Below are positions 17,893 to 26,343 of a DNA stretch of 64,000 nt, one piece after another. Source of the stretch: Clostridia bacterium (GTDB taxonomy: Bacteria; Bacillota; Clostridia; UMGS1883; UMGS1540). The notes under the pieces were generated by a model. The model did not search any database, was not told the origin of the DNA, and worked only from the letters and a program-made list of their open reading frames with translations. The translations under genes were made by a program, and so were the position numbers. The stretch's first letter is position 1; each line of letters starts with the position of its first letter. The stretch is taken from NCBI GenBank assembly GCA_045590195.1, contig JAZNQN010000073.1, forward strand, positions 1,098 to 65,097, written 5' to 3'.

Positions 17893-20034
17893 ATGTTTAA
17901 CTTACAAAAGGCAATAATTCCAACACCACAAAGTGTTACAGATTTTGGCAAAACCGTTAAAATAGGCGAAATTTCAAAGCCTGATTTTAAATTTACATAT
18001 GTTGGCGAAGGCGAAGTTTTTGAAAGCGCCGTGTCGATTATGGAAAATGTTTTTTCCGAAAAAGCGGCGGCAATTAAGCCTTGCGGCAAATATGAAATTA
18101 CCCTTGAAATTTGCCCTATTCCTGAGCTTTCGGGCAAAGCTGAGGGCTATGTAATTGAAATTGGAGAAAATAAAGCTACCCTTTCAGCATGTGATGCGGC
18201 AGGCGCTTATTATGCGGCGGCAACCTTTGAACAGATTTTGCACACCGACGGCAAAGATGTTCTTCTCCCTGTATGTAAAATTATTGACTACCCTCGTTTT
18301 GAAAGCCGCGGCCACTTTATGGAATGCCGCTACGGAAGCGACTTTTTAACCTTTGATGACTGGAAAAAAGGCATAGATTACCTTTCAAAAATGAAAATCA
18401 ACCGTATTGTTTACGGGCTTTACGGCTGCTGGGGCAAGCAGTACGACAATAATTTCTCGGAATATCTTTATATTCCCTTTAAAAAACACCCCCAGCTTAA
18501 AACCCCAAGAAACATAAAATATTACTCTGCTAAAAATGACAAAATTATATACAAAAAAGATGTTTTGCCTACAATGTTTGAAGACAATTATTTCGGCAAG
18601 CTTATAAAGTATGGCAAATCGAGAAATGTTGAGGTTATTCCGCTTTTTAACAGCCTTGGCCACAATACTCTTATCCCCCGTATGTTCCCCGAAATTTCGG
18701 CAGTTGGAGAAGATGGCAAAAACACAGGCCTTGGTTTTTGTACAAACAACCCAAAAACTTACGAGGTTATGTTCTCCCTTTACGATGAAATTATTGATAC
18801 ATATCTTACGCCAAACGGCATAAAATCCTTCCATATCGGCCTTGACGAGGTTTGGCCACTGGCAGGTGTTGATAAAAACGACGAGAGAAAAATTATAGAG
18901 CCTTTCTGCAAATGCGAAAAATGCCGTGGCAGAAATTATGGCGAGCTTATGATACAATATGTTATAAAAATTGCGAAGCATATGAAGGAAAAAGGCATTG
19001 AAAACCTTTACATTTACCACGATATGTTCCTCTCACGCGGAGTTTTAACAAAAGAAACTGCCGAACTTTTCAAGCGCGAAGGCGTTTACGATATGATTGT
19101 TGTCGACTGGTGGAGCTACGATATGCCCGGCAAAAACTTTAATAATAATGAAGATAGTGTAAATTCATATTTCAGAAGTGTTGGCAAAGCTATTACAGGC
19201 TATTTTCACTGGGATTTACCAACTCAGATGAGCCCGAATATTTATACAATTACTGATATTTCCGAAAAAAATAACTTTGAAGGCGTTATAGCTTACAGTT
19301 CGTTTGAATACTGCTACGACTTAAATTACCGCGTGTTTGCCGAAAATGCATGGCGTGGCGGCGAGGCGGCAGATTTAAAGGAGCTTACCGAAAGATATGC
19401 CGCATCCTTCTTCCCCGAAAATACGCAAGGCGCTTTAAAAGCACTCTTAACTGCTCTCGATTTTACCCTTGGCAGATATTCACGTACAAATCATCTTATA
19501 TCACGCTTTGTATTTTATGCTTATTGTATGTTTCGGGCTGATACGGAATATCCTCACGATTACCCTGCAAAGGCTTACCGCCTTCTCCGTGATGAAGAGG
19601 ATAAATATCTTCCTTATCTTAAAGCCACATATAACAAAGCATTGTCTTCTTATGAGTTTTTCAGCAAAAACACATTGTCGGAAACAGGCAAAATCTGGGA
19701 GCTTATTTCTCTTCAGTATTTGTCGCAAGCTGATGAATATTTAACCATTTACAGCTGTAACAACCTTTATAACAAGGGCACAATTGACGAAAACCACTTT
19801 ATTTCAGAGCTTAACCGCCTTATTGAAAACCGCAAAAAAACAATTGCACTTTGCGAGGGGGTTCGTATAGAGGCAAACCAGTATACATGCATAAGAAATA
19901 TGACTATCGACCTGCAGGCAATAACTGATTTGCGCGACTACATGAAAGCCGAAGTTAAAAAAGGCAAAAAGCCCGAGGTTAACATTTTTGAATTTGGCAA
20001 ATACTTAAGTGATTTGTCCTGGTTTTTAAGATAA
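17893..20034 (+). CDS. Glycoside hydrolase family 20 (beta-N-acetylhexosaminidase-like), cytoplasmic
   Basis: 713 aa. IIDYPRFESRGHFMECR matches the GH20 I-D-x-P-R-F-x-x-RG block. HIGLDEV resembles the catalytic D-E region. No signal peptide. Confidence 0.7.
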   Translation: MFNLQKAIIPTPQSVTDFGKTVKIGEISKPDFKFTYVGEGEVFESAVSIMENVFSEKAAAIKPCGKYEITLEICPIPELSGKAEGYVIEIGENKATLSACDAAGAYYAAATFEQILHTDGKDVLLPVCKIIDYPRFESRGHFMECRYGSDFLTFDDWKKGIDYLSKMKINRIVYGLYGCWGKQYDNNFSEYLYIPFKKHPQLKTPRNIKYYSAKNDKIIYKKDVLPTMFEDNYFGKLIKYGKSRNVEVIPLFNSLGHNTLIPRMFPEISAVGEDGKNTGLGFCTNNPKTYEVMFSLYDEIIDTYLTPNGIKSFHIGLDEVWPLAGVDKNDERKIIEPFCKCEKCRGRNYGELMIQYVIKIAKHMKEKGIENLYIYHDMFLSRGVLTKETAELFKREGVYDMIVVDWWSYDMPGKNFNNNEDSVNSYFRSVGKAITGYFHWDLPTQMSPNIYTITDISEKNNFEGVIAYSSFEYCYDLNYRVFAENAWRGGEAADLKELTERYAASFFPENTQGALKALLTALDFTLGRYSRTNHLISRFVFYAYCMFRADTEYPHDYPAKAYRLLRDEEDKYLPYLKATYNKALSSYEFFSKNTLSETGKIWELISLQYLSQADEYLTIYSCNNLYNKGTIDENHFISELNRLIENRKKTIALCEGVRIEANQYTCIRNMTIDLQAITDLRDYMKAEVKKGKKPEVNIFEFGKYLSDLSWFLR

Positions 20035-20140
20035 AAAAGTCGCCTACGGCAACTAACATTCGCTTCGCTCACATTTTCAAAGGTAGACTTTTATGATATT
20101 CGTCATTACAACTTAAAAGTTGTAATTTCCTACATATTAA

Positions 20141-20165
20141 AAAAAGCTCCCGCAGGGGAGCTTTT
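20141..20165 (+). terminator. Rho-independent terminator after the GH20 gene
   Basis: AAAAGCTCCC-GCAG-GGGAGCTTTTAT. Confidence 0.7.
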
Positions 20166-20221
20166 ATTACATTCAATTTAACCAAACCAAAAGCCTTTTC
20201 TTTGTGCCTTTTGCCATATTT

Positions 20222-20246
20222 AATTTATTTATCCCTTAAATAAATT
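20222..20246. promoter_or_regulatory. Perfect 10-bp inverted repeat abutting the ROK promoter (candidate operator)
   Basis: AATTTATTTA (20222-20231), 5-nt spacer, TAAATAAATT (20237-20246). It ends 7 nt before the -35 hexamer. Confidence 0.3.
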
Positions 20247-20253
20247 GATTATA

Positions 20254-20282
20254 TTGACTTAAAGAGCAAAATGTAGTATAAT
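20254..20282 (+). promoter_or_regulatory. Sigma-A type promoter for the ROK regulator operon
   Basis: TTGACT, 17-nt spacer, TATAAT. Confidence 0.5.
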
Positions 20283-20321
20283 GAATTAGTAAAGTCATTG
20301 GACTAATTGGGAGGTATCGGA

Positions 20322-21458
20322 TTGGAAAAAGCTATAAACAGCCAGCAAATCATTAAAGAAAGCCATTTAAAGCTTGTTTTTTCCCTTGTTTCTGAAAACG
20401 AAGGTATTTCCAGAGCCGATATTAAAAAAATAACAAAGCTCAGCGCCACAACTGTTTCCACCCTTGCCGACGAGCTTATTGCATCGGGCAAAATAATTGA
20501 AACAGGCGCTAAAAACACAGGCTCAAGCGGCAGAAGGGCAATTTCTCTCTCGGTAAACCCGAGAGGCGGTTATTTTGCAGTTGTAACCGTTTCGGGCAGG
20601 CATTTTCGCCTTCGCCTTTTCAGCCTTTGCTTTGAAGAAATATTTTACGAGAAAGTAAAATATGATGCATCTCTCCCGCTTTCAAGTTCGCTGACTGCAT
20701 TTTTAAAAGAAAATGTTTTGGCAGATGGCTATGGTCAGCTACTTGGCATTGCTGTTGGCGCTCCTGCCATTGTTGACGAAAATTTTAACATTGTTTCATC
20801 AACTGTACTTGATATAAAGGAAAACGATTTTGTTTATAAGGAAATAAAATCTGCTTTTCCAACTGCCGAGGTTGTAATTTGCAACAACTCTTCACTACTT
20901 GCCTATGCAGAAAAGGAATTTGGCGACAAAAGTGCACGTTGTCTTGTTTCTGTTGATATAAGCGACGGTGTTGGTGCGGCGGCCGTAATTGAAGGTGTAC
21001 CCTTCAAAGGCAGTAGCGGAATGGCACTTGAATTTGGCCATTTAAGTATCGACATTAAAGGCGAAAAATGCCGTTGCGGCTCAAGAGGTTGCATTGAAAC
21101 TGTTGCAAACAAATTTGCAATACTCAAAAAATGCCAGGATATTTTGAAAAAAGAAATTCTTTTTGAGGAAATTGCCGATTTCGCGAAAGAAAATGGCGAA
21201 ATTCGCGAGCATTTAAACTATGTAGCCTATGCCCTTTCCTTTGCAATTAACAACCTTATAAATATTATGGACCCTGATGCAGTTATAATCTGCGGCGACA
21301 TAATTGCTTTGGGAGAAGATTTTTTAAACCTTATCAGAGATAATCTTAAAGAAATTGCTCTACTTGGCAAAATTGTTCCCATTTCATACTCGTCACTTGG
21401 CGAAAAAGCTGAATTTAAAGGCGGCGCAAAATATGTTTTTGACTGTCTTTTTAGATAA
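20322..21458 (+). CDS. ROK family transcriptional regulator
   Basis: N-terminal winged HTH (GISRADIKKITKLSATTVSTLADELI), a sugar-kinase-like core, and the ROK Zn motif (GHLSID...CRCGSRGCIE). The ORF-track TTG at 20307 lies inside the GGGAGG RBS, so I use the in-frame TTG at 20322. Confidence 0.8.
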   Translation: MEKAINSQQIIKESHLKLVFSLVSENEGISRADIKKITKLSATTVSTLADELIASGKIIETGAKNTGSSGRRAISLSVNPRGGYFAVVTVSGRHFRLRLFSLCFEEIFYEKVKYDASLPLSSSLTAFLKENVLADGYGQLLGIAVGAPAIVDENFNIVSSTVLDIKENDFVYKEIKSAFPTAEVVICNNSSLLAYAEKEFGDKSARCLVSVDISDGVGAAAVIEGVPFKGSSGMALEFGHLSIDIKGEKCRCGSRGCIETVANKFAILKKCQDILKKEILFEEIADFAKENGEIREHLNYVAYALSFAINNLINIMDPDAVIICGDIIALGEDFLNLIRDNLKEIALLGKIVPISYSSLGEKAEFKGGAKYVFDCLFR

Positions 21459-21487
21459 AAAATTAAAACCGAAAGGAAGATTTTATT

Positions 21488-22759
21488 ATGGCAGAAAAAG
21501 AAATCGTAATGAACGGTGCCGGCATTGAAGAAATTGGTTTTCCAATGTGGCCACAGTTCAACCCTGACACACTCGAGGATATTCTCGAACCAATCAAAAA
21601 TGGTAAAGTAAACTACTGGACAGGTCCTAAAGGTATGGAATTTGAAGAAGCCTGGAGACAGTGGATTGGCGCTAAAATGGCAATCTCTTGTACAAATGGT
21701 ACTGCTGCTCTTCACATTGCCCTTGCAGCACTTAACATTGGCCCTGGCGATGAAGTTATCGTTCCTTCATATTCATTTATCGCATCATCTTTCTCAGTTG
21801 TTCAGGCAGGTGCTATTCCTGTTTTCGCTGATGTAACAGATGACCACACTCTCGACCCGGCTTGTATCGAAGCTTTAATTACTGAAAGAACAAAAGCAAT
21901 TATCGTTGTTCATCTTTACGGCGTTGTTGCTGATATGGGCCCAATTCTTGAGATTGCTAAAAAACACAACCTTAAAGTTGTTGAAGACTGTGCACAGTGC
22001 TTCGGCGGCGAATACAAAGGCACAAAAGCCGGCCTTATCGGTGATGTTGGATGCTTTAGCTTCTGCCAGAGCAAACACTTCACAACAGGCGGCGAAGGCG
22101 GTATGGTTGTAACAAACGACGAAGAAGTTGGTTGGGAATGCCGTTCATTCCGTGACCACGGTTACGATGTAAAGACAAGAATGAATATGCTTGCTTTGGA
22201 AGAAAAACTACCTTACATCCACAGAAGAGTTGGTTTTAACTACCGTATGACAGAAATCCAGTCAATCATCGGTCTTAACGAGCTTAAGAGATTTGATAAC
22301 TGGAACCTTGCTCGTCGTTTTAAATATGCTAAAATGTATGACGAAGCATTTACAGGCCTTAAAGGTATTAAAAAGCTCCCTGTTAACACCGAAGAAAGAA
22401 AATGTTCTTACTGGTGGTACCCAATGCTCGTAGACCTTTCAGTTCTCGATTGCGATGCTCCTGCTATCGTAAAAGAACTCGGTGCTGCCGGTATTCCTTG
22501 CTACGGTATTCAGTGGCCTGAAGCTTACGAAGAAGCAGCTTACAGAGAACACGGCGGCTTTGGCGAAGCTAAATTCCCATTCGAATCAAAAGAATATGCT
22601 GATGCAAACAGCGTTGATTATTCAAAAGTATTCTGCAAAAACGCTAACGCACTCCGCTCACAGACTGTTTGCCTCTTCCTCCACCCATCATGGGAAGAAG
22701 TACATATTAACAGATGTATCGACGGTTTTAAAGCAGTTCTTGCAAAACACACAAAATAA
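21488..22759 (+). CDS. DegT/DnrJ/EryC1/StrS family PLP-dependent aminotransferase
   Basis: 423 aa. CTNGTAALHIAL, VPSYSFIAS and the PLP-lysine region FSFCQSKHFTTGGEGG are typical of the family. Confidence 0.85.
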   Translation: MAEKEIVMNGAGIEEIGFPMWPQFNPDTLEDILEPIKNGKVNYWTGPKGMEFEEAWRQWIGAKMAISCTNGTAALHIALAALNIGPGDEVIVPSYSFIASSFSVVQAGAIPVFADVTDDHTLDPACIEALITERTKAIIVVHLYGVVADMGPILEIAKKHNLKVVEDCAQCFGGEYKGTKAGLIGDVGCFSFCQSKHFTTGGEGGMVVTNDEEVGWECRSFRDHGYDVKTRMNMLALEEKLPYIHRRVGFNYRMTEIQSIIGLNELKRFDNWNLARRFKYAKMYDEAFTGLKGIKKLPVNTEERKCSYWWYPMLVDLSVLDCDAPAIVKELGAAGIPCYGIQWPEAYEEAAYREHGGFGEAKFPFESKEYADANSVDYSKVFCKNANALRSQTVCLFLHPSWEEVHINRCIDGFKAVLAKHTK

Positions 22760-22765
22760 AACGGC

Positions 22766-23045
22766 GATGTAAAAAAGTCTGGAACGCAAAAAGGCAATAC
22801 TTTAGAAGTCTCCCCTATATAAAGTGAGGGGAACCGTCTATTATTACGGCAGATGGATTGTTATGTTGAAAAATCTCTCGATTTTTCTCATAATTTGAGC
22901 CTTTTTGCTACGAACAAACTTCACCTCTCGCTGTATAACATACAGCTTCGGGTATCCCCTGCGGGTTCAGTTTGTCCGTTCCAAACATTTTTCCTATCAC
23001 CTTAAAATTCATATGGGTTGTAAAACAAGTTTTTACAACCCATAT
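22766..23045 (+). repeat. Intergenic hairpin-rich repeat element, copy A
   Basis: It shares with copy B the left module GATGTAAAAAAGTC..CGCAAAAAG, arm L CTACGAACAAACTTCACCTC (22908-22927), arm R CGGGTTCAGTTTGTCCGTTC (22962-22981), and a terminal TGTAAAA/TTTTACA hairpin (23010-23045). Confidence 0.75.
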
Positions 23046-23126
23046 TAAAAAATATAAAGGATTTTAGGGCTTATTGCCGAATTTATTTATTGGATAAATT
23101 AATTACCTTGTAAAGGAGCAAAAATT

Positions 23127-24176
23127 ATGAGAAAACTTAAATGGGGCGTTATCGGCTGCGGCGGTATCGCAAGAAGAAAAACTATTCCGGGCATGATGCT
23201 TGCAAACAACTTAGAGCTTGTTTCAGTTATGGACTCTGTTTTGCCTGTTGCTGAAGAAGTTAAAGAAGAGTTCGGCGCAAAATATGCTTTCGACAACTAC
23301 GAAGCTATTTTAGCTCAGGACGAAATTGAAGCAGTTTACATTGCATCCCCTGTATTTTTCCACAAAGAACAGGCTATTGCAGCTGCAAAAGCTAAAAAAC
23401 ACGTTTTCCTCGAAAAACCAATGGCAATGACTGTTGAAGATGCAGAGGAAATTAAAAAAGCTTGTGAAGAAAACGGCGTTAAACTTGGCGTTGGCTTCCT
23501 TATGAGATTCCACGGTTACCACCAGGAAATCAAAAAAATTATTGCTGAAGGCAAAATTGGCGACATCGTTTCAATGCGTGGCCAGTTTACTTGCTGGTAT
23601 CCTGACATTGAAGGTGCATGGCGTCAGAAAAAAGCTACTTCAGGCGGCGGTGCCCTCGTTGATATGGGTATCCATGTAATCGACCTTCTTCAGTACCTTT
23701 CAGGCCTTAAAGCAGTAGAGGTTGTTGCTTTTAACCAGACTCAGACCTTTAACTATGAAGTTGACGATTCATCCGGCGTTATTATGAAAATGGACAACGG
23801 CTCAATTGCTTACGTTGATTCAAACTTCAATATTCCTGATGCAGCTTCCGTTGCAAAACTTGAAATTTATGGTACAAAAGGCTCTATCGTAGCATCAGGT
23901 ACACTTGCACAGGCTGAAGTTGGCTCTGTAAACGTACTTATCAGCGACGATTCTCTCGCATACGATGCTAACCAGACAAGAGAAGAAATTGTTCCTCTCT
24001 CACTTGAAGGAACTCCTCTTGGCAATATGTACACAAAAGAAGTTGAGCAGTTTGGCGATGCAGTTATTAACGATACTGCAGTTCCGGTTGATGCTGATAG
24101 CGCTATCCTCGACCAGAAGGTTGTTGAAGCTGCTTATAAATCAAGCGAAGAAAAGAAATTCGTTAAAATTGTTTAA
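23127..24176 (+). CDS. Gfo/Idh/MocA family NAD(P)-dependent oxidoreductase
   Basis: 349 aa. N-terminal Rossmann motif WGVIGCGGIARR and an EKP motif (FLEKPMA). Confidence 0.85.
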   Translation: MRKLKWGVIGCGGIARRKTIPGMMLANNLELVSVMDSVLPVAEEVKEEFGAKYAFDNYEAILAQDEIEAVYIASPVFFHKEQAIAAAKAKKHVFLEKPMAMTVEDAEEIKKACEENGVKLGVGFLMRFHGYHQEIKKIIAEGKIGDIVSMRGQFTCWYPDIEGAWRQKKATSGGGALVDMGIHVIDLLQYLSGLKAVEVVAFNQTQTFNYEVDDSSGVIMKMDNGSIAYVDSNFNIPDAASVAKLEIYGTKGSIVASGTLAQAEVGSVNVLISDDSLAYDANQTREEIVPLSLEGTPLGNMYTKEVEQFGDAVINDTAVPVDADSAILDQKVVEAAYKSSEEKKFVKIV

Positions 24177-24191
24177 TTAAAACAAACTTAA

Positions 24192-24220
24192 AGCGTAGCA
24201 GATAACTGCTACGCTTTTTC
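24192..24220. terminator. Rho-independent terminator between convergent genes
   Basis: AGCGTAGCAG-ATAA-CTGCTACGCT followed by TTTTTC. It is strongest in the plus direction. Confidence 0.65.
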
Positions 24221-24236
24221 TTTACTTATTAGTTTT

Positions 24237-25601
24237 TTATACAATTCCCTGTGCCATCATAGCATTTGCAACCTTTTTAAAGCCTGCAATGTTAGCACCG
24301 GCAACCAAATCGTAACCAAGGCCATATTCTTCTGCTGCTTCAACAGAAACTTTATGTATGTTTACCATAATGCCTTTGAGTTTTTCGTCAACCTCTTCTG
24401 CACTCCAGCTATATCTCATTGAGTTTTGAGCCATTTCAAGAGCAGAAACAGCAACACCGCCGGCGTTAACAGCTTTTGAAGGACCTACGATAAGGCCTTT
24501 GCTTCTGAGAAGAACTACTGCTTCGTTAGTTGTTGGCATATTTGCAACTTCGATATAATATTTTGTTCCGTTTGCAATAATCTGCTCAGCTTCGGCTATG
24601 CCGATTTCGTTCTGAGTAGCACATGGCATACAAATATCAACCGCTGTTCCCCAAGGTTTTTGTTTTGCAAAGAACTGGCAACCGAATTTTTCAGCATAAT
24701 CCTGTGCACGGTCACGGCCGGATGAACGCATTTCGAGAAGATAATCCCATTTTTCCTGAGTTCCAACACCATCGGGATCGTAAACATAACCGTCAGGTCC
24801 TGAAATTGTAACAACTTTGCCGCCAAGCTGTGTAACCTTCTGGCAAACACCCCATGCAACATTACCAAAACCGGAAACTGCAACTGTTTTACCTTCGAAA
24901 GTGTCGCCCTCGTGTTTTAATACTTCGTTTACATAGTATGAAGCACCAAAACCTGTTGCTTCAGGACGGATTATTGAGCCGCCGTACTCAAGACCTTTAC
25001 CTGTTAAAACACCGTTTTCCCAGCAGCCTTTAATTCTTTTATACTGGCCGTAAAGATAACCAATCTCTCTGCCGCCAACGCCGATATCACCTGCAGGAAC
25101 GTCAACATCAGGGCCGATATGTCTGTAAAGTTCTGTCATAAATGCCTGACAAAATCTCATAATTTCTGCGTCGCTCTTTCCTCTTGGGTCAAAGTCGGAA
25201 CCACCTTTACCGCCGCCAATAGGAAGACCTGTTAAGCTATTTTTAAAAGTTTGTTCAAAACCTAAGAACTTAATAATACCTGAGTATACAGAAGGATGGA
25301 AACGAAGACCGCCCTTATATGGACCAATTGCACTGTTAAACTGTACACGGAAACCTCTGTTTGAATGTACCTTACCATTATCATCTACCCATGGAACGCG
25401 GAATGTAATCATTCTCTCAGGCTCTACAAGGCGTTCGATAAGTCCGCTTTTTTCATATTCCGGATGCATATCAACCACCGGTTCGATAGATTCAAATACC
25501 TCTTCTACTGTCTGAAGAAACTCAGGCTCGCCTTTATCTCTTGCCTGAACCTGTTCAAACACTCTTTTTAAATACTCGTTTGTAATCGCCACTACAAACA
25601 C
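24237..25601 (-). CDS. gdhA: NADP-specific glutamate dehydrogenase
   Basis: 454 aa. KGGLRFHPSV and LPIGGGKGGSDFDP are the canonical GDH blocks. The true start may be the GTG at 25592, which has better spacing from AAGGGG. Confidence 0.9.
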   Translation of the reverse strand: MFVVAITNEYLKRVFEQVQARDKGEPEFLQTVEEVFESIEPVVDMHPEYEKSGLIERLVEPERMITFRVPWVDDNGKVHSNRGFRVQFNSAIGPYKGGLRFHPSVYSGIIKFLGFEQTFKNSLTGLPIGGGKGGSDFDPRGKSDAEIMRFCQAFMTELYRHIGPDVDVPAGDIGVGGREIGYLYGQYKRIKGCWENGVLTGKGLEYGGSIIRPEATGFGASYYVNEVLKHEGDTFEGKTVAVSGFGNVAWGVCQKVTQLGGKVVTISGPDGYVYDPDGVGTQEKWDYLLEMRSSGRDRAQDYAEKFGCQFFAKQKPWGTAVDICMPCATQNEIGIAEAEQIIANGTKYYIEVANMPTTNEAVVLLRSKGLIVGPSKAVNAGGVAVSALEMAQNSMRYSWSAEEVDEKLKGIMVNIHKVSVEAAEEYGLGYDLVAGANIAGFKKVANAMMAQGIV

Positions 25602-25701
25602 CCCTTTTCAATATATTTATATTATTTTCTATTTTAACATATGCATAGGGGTTTTTGCAATAAAAATTGTAATTTTTTTAATTTTTTTGTCGAAATAACG
25701 G

Positions 25702-25727
25702 AAAAAAGTGGCATATTTGCCACTTTT
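25702..25727 (-). terminator. Rho-independent terminator after ybaK
   Basis: On the minus strand: GAAAAGTGGCAAATATGCCACTTTTTTCC. Confidence 0.65.
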
Positions 25728-25754
25728 CAGAAGATTTTGTAACCGATTTCATAC

Positions 25755-26225
25755 TTATACTGTTAAATCAGCAAGTTCAAATCGTATTATCTTTTTAAGC
25801 TCTTCAAGGCTCATTTCAACCTGCGCCCCAATTTTTCCTCCGCTGAAAAATATTGTTTCAAAGTTTTGTGCGGTAGCATCGATAGTAGTTGTAAAAAACT
25901 TTTTCATTCCAATTGGCGAGCAGCCGCCGTGAATATAGCCTGTAAGGGGCAAAAGCTCTTTTGAAAGTATCATAGCAATTGATTTTTCGCCAACTGCCTT
26001 TGCGGCCTTTTTAAGGTCGAGCTCTTTGCAGCCGGGAATTACAAAAACATAGTTTTTCTTACTTTTGCCAACTGTTACCAATGTTTTAAAAACCCTGTCG
26101 CAGGGCTGATTTAAATAATCGGCAACCTCGGTTGCGGAAATGGCGTTCCCATCGCCGTAAAAATAGCTTTTGTATTTAAGTTTTCTGCCCTCTAAAAGGC
26201 GCATTACATTTGTTTTTTCTTCCAT
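25755..26225 (-). CDS. ybaK: Cys-tRNA(Pro)/Cys-tRNA(Cys) deacylase YbaK
   Basis: 156 aa. TNVMRLL, KTLV and GGCSPIGMKK are blocks of the YbaK/EbsC family. Confidence 0.8.
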   Translation of the reverse strand: MEEKTNVMRLLEGRKLKYKSYFYGDGNAISATEVADYLNQPCDRVFKTLVTVGKSKKNYVFVIPGCKELDLKKAAKAVGEKSIAMILSKELLPLTGYIHGGCSPIGMKKFFTTTIDATAQNFETIFFSGGKIGAQVEMSLEELKKIIRFELADLTV

Positions 26226-26293
26226 TTTTATCCCCGATTTTAAAATTTTCTATATTAGTTTACCACAAAATACAGATTTTGTAAATATTATTT

Positions 26294-26322
26294 TTGACAT
26301 TGTGTTTTTATTGTGATACAAT
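26294..26322 (+). promoter_or_regulatory. Sigma-A type promoter
   Basis: TTGACA, 17-nt spacer, TACAAT, upstream of the RBS AAGGAG. Confidence 0.45.
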
Positions 26323-26343
26323 GAAAAAAAAAGGAGTTTTTTT

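Noticed and set aside
17772-18137. 121-aa minus-strand ORF overlapping the GH20 promoter and 5' end
   Set aside because: It is antisense to a well-supported GH20 gene, spans that gene's consensus promoter, and has no RBS.
22908-22981. Repeat arms as REP/BIME (RAYT-type) elements or integron attC sites
   Set aside because: A CTAC/GTAG tetranucleotide is present but on the opposite side of the palindrome from the canonical REP layout. The attC core sites (RYYYAAC / GTTRRRY) are not matched. No RAYT/TnpA or integron integrase gene was seen.
23010-23045. Terminal hairpin of repeat copy A as a classical intrinsic terminator
   Set aside because: On the plus strand the stem is not followed by a T-run (it reads TTAAAAAAT). 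The T-run lies inside the stem. I therefore list it only as part of the repeat.
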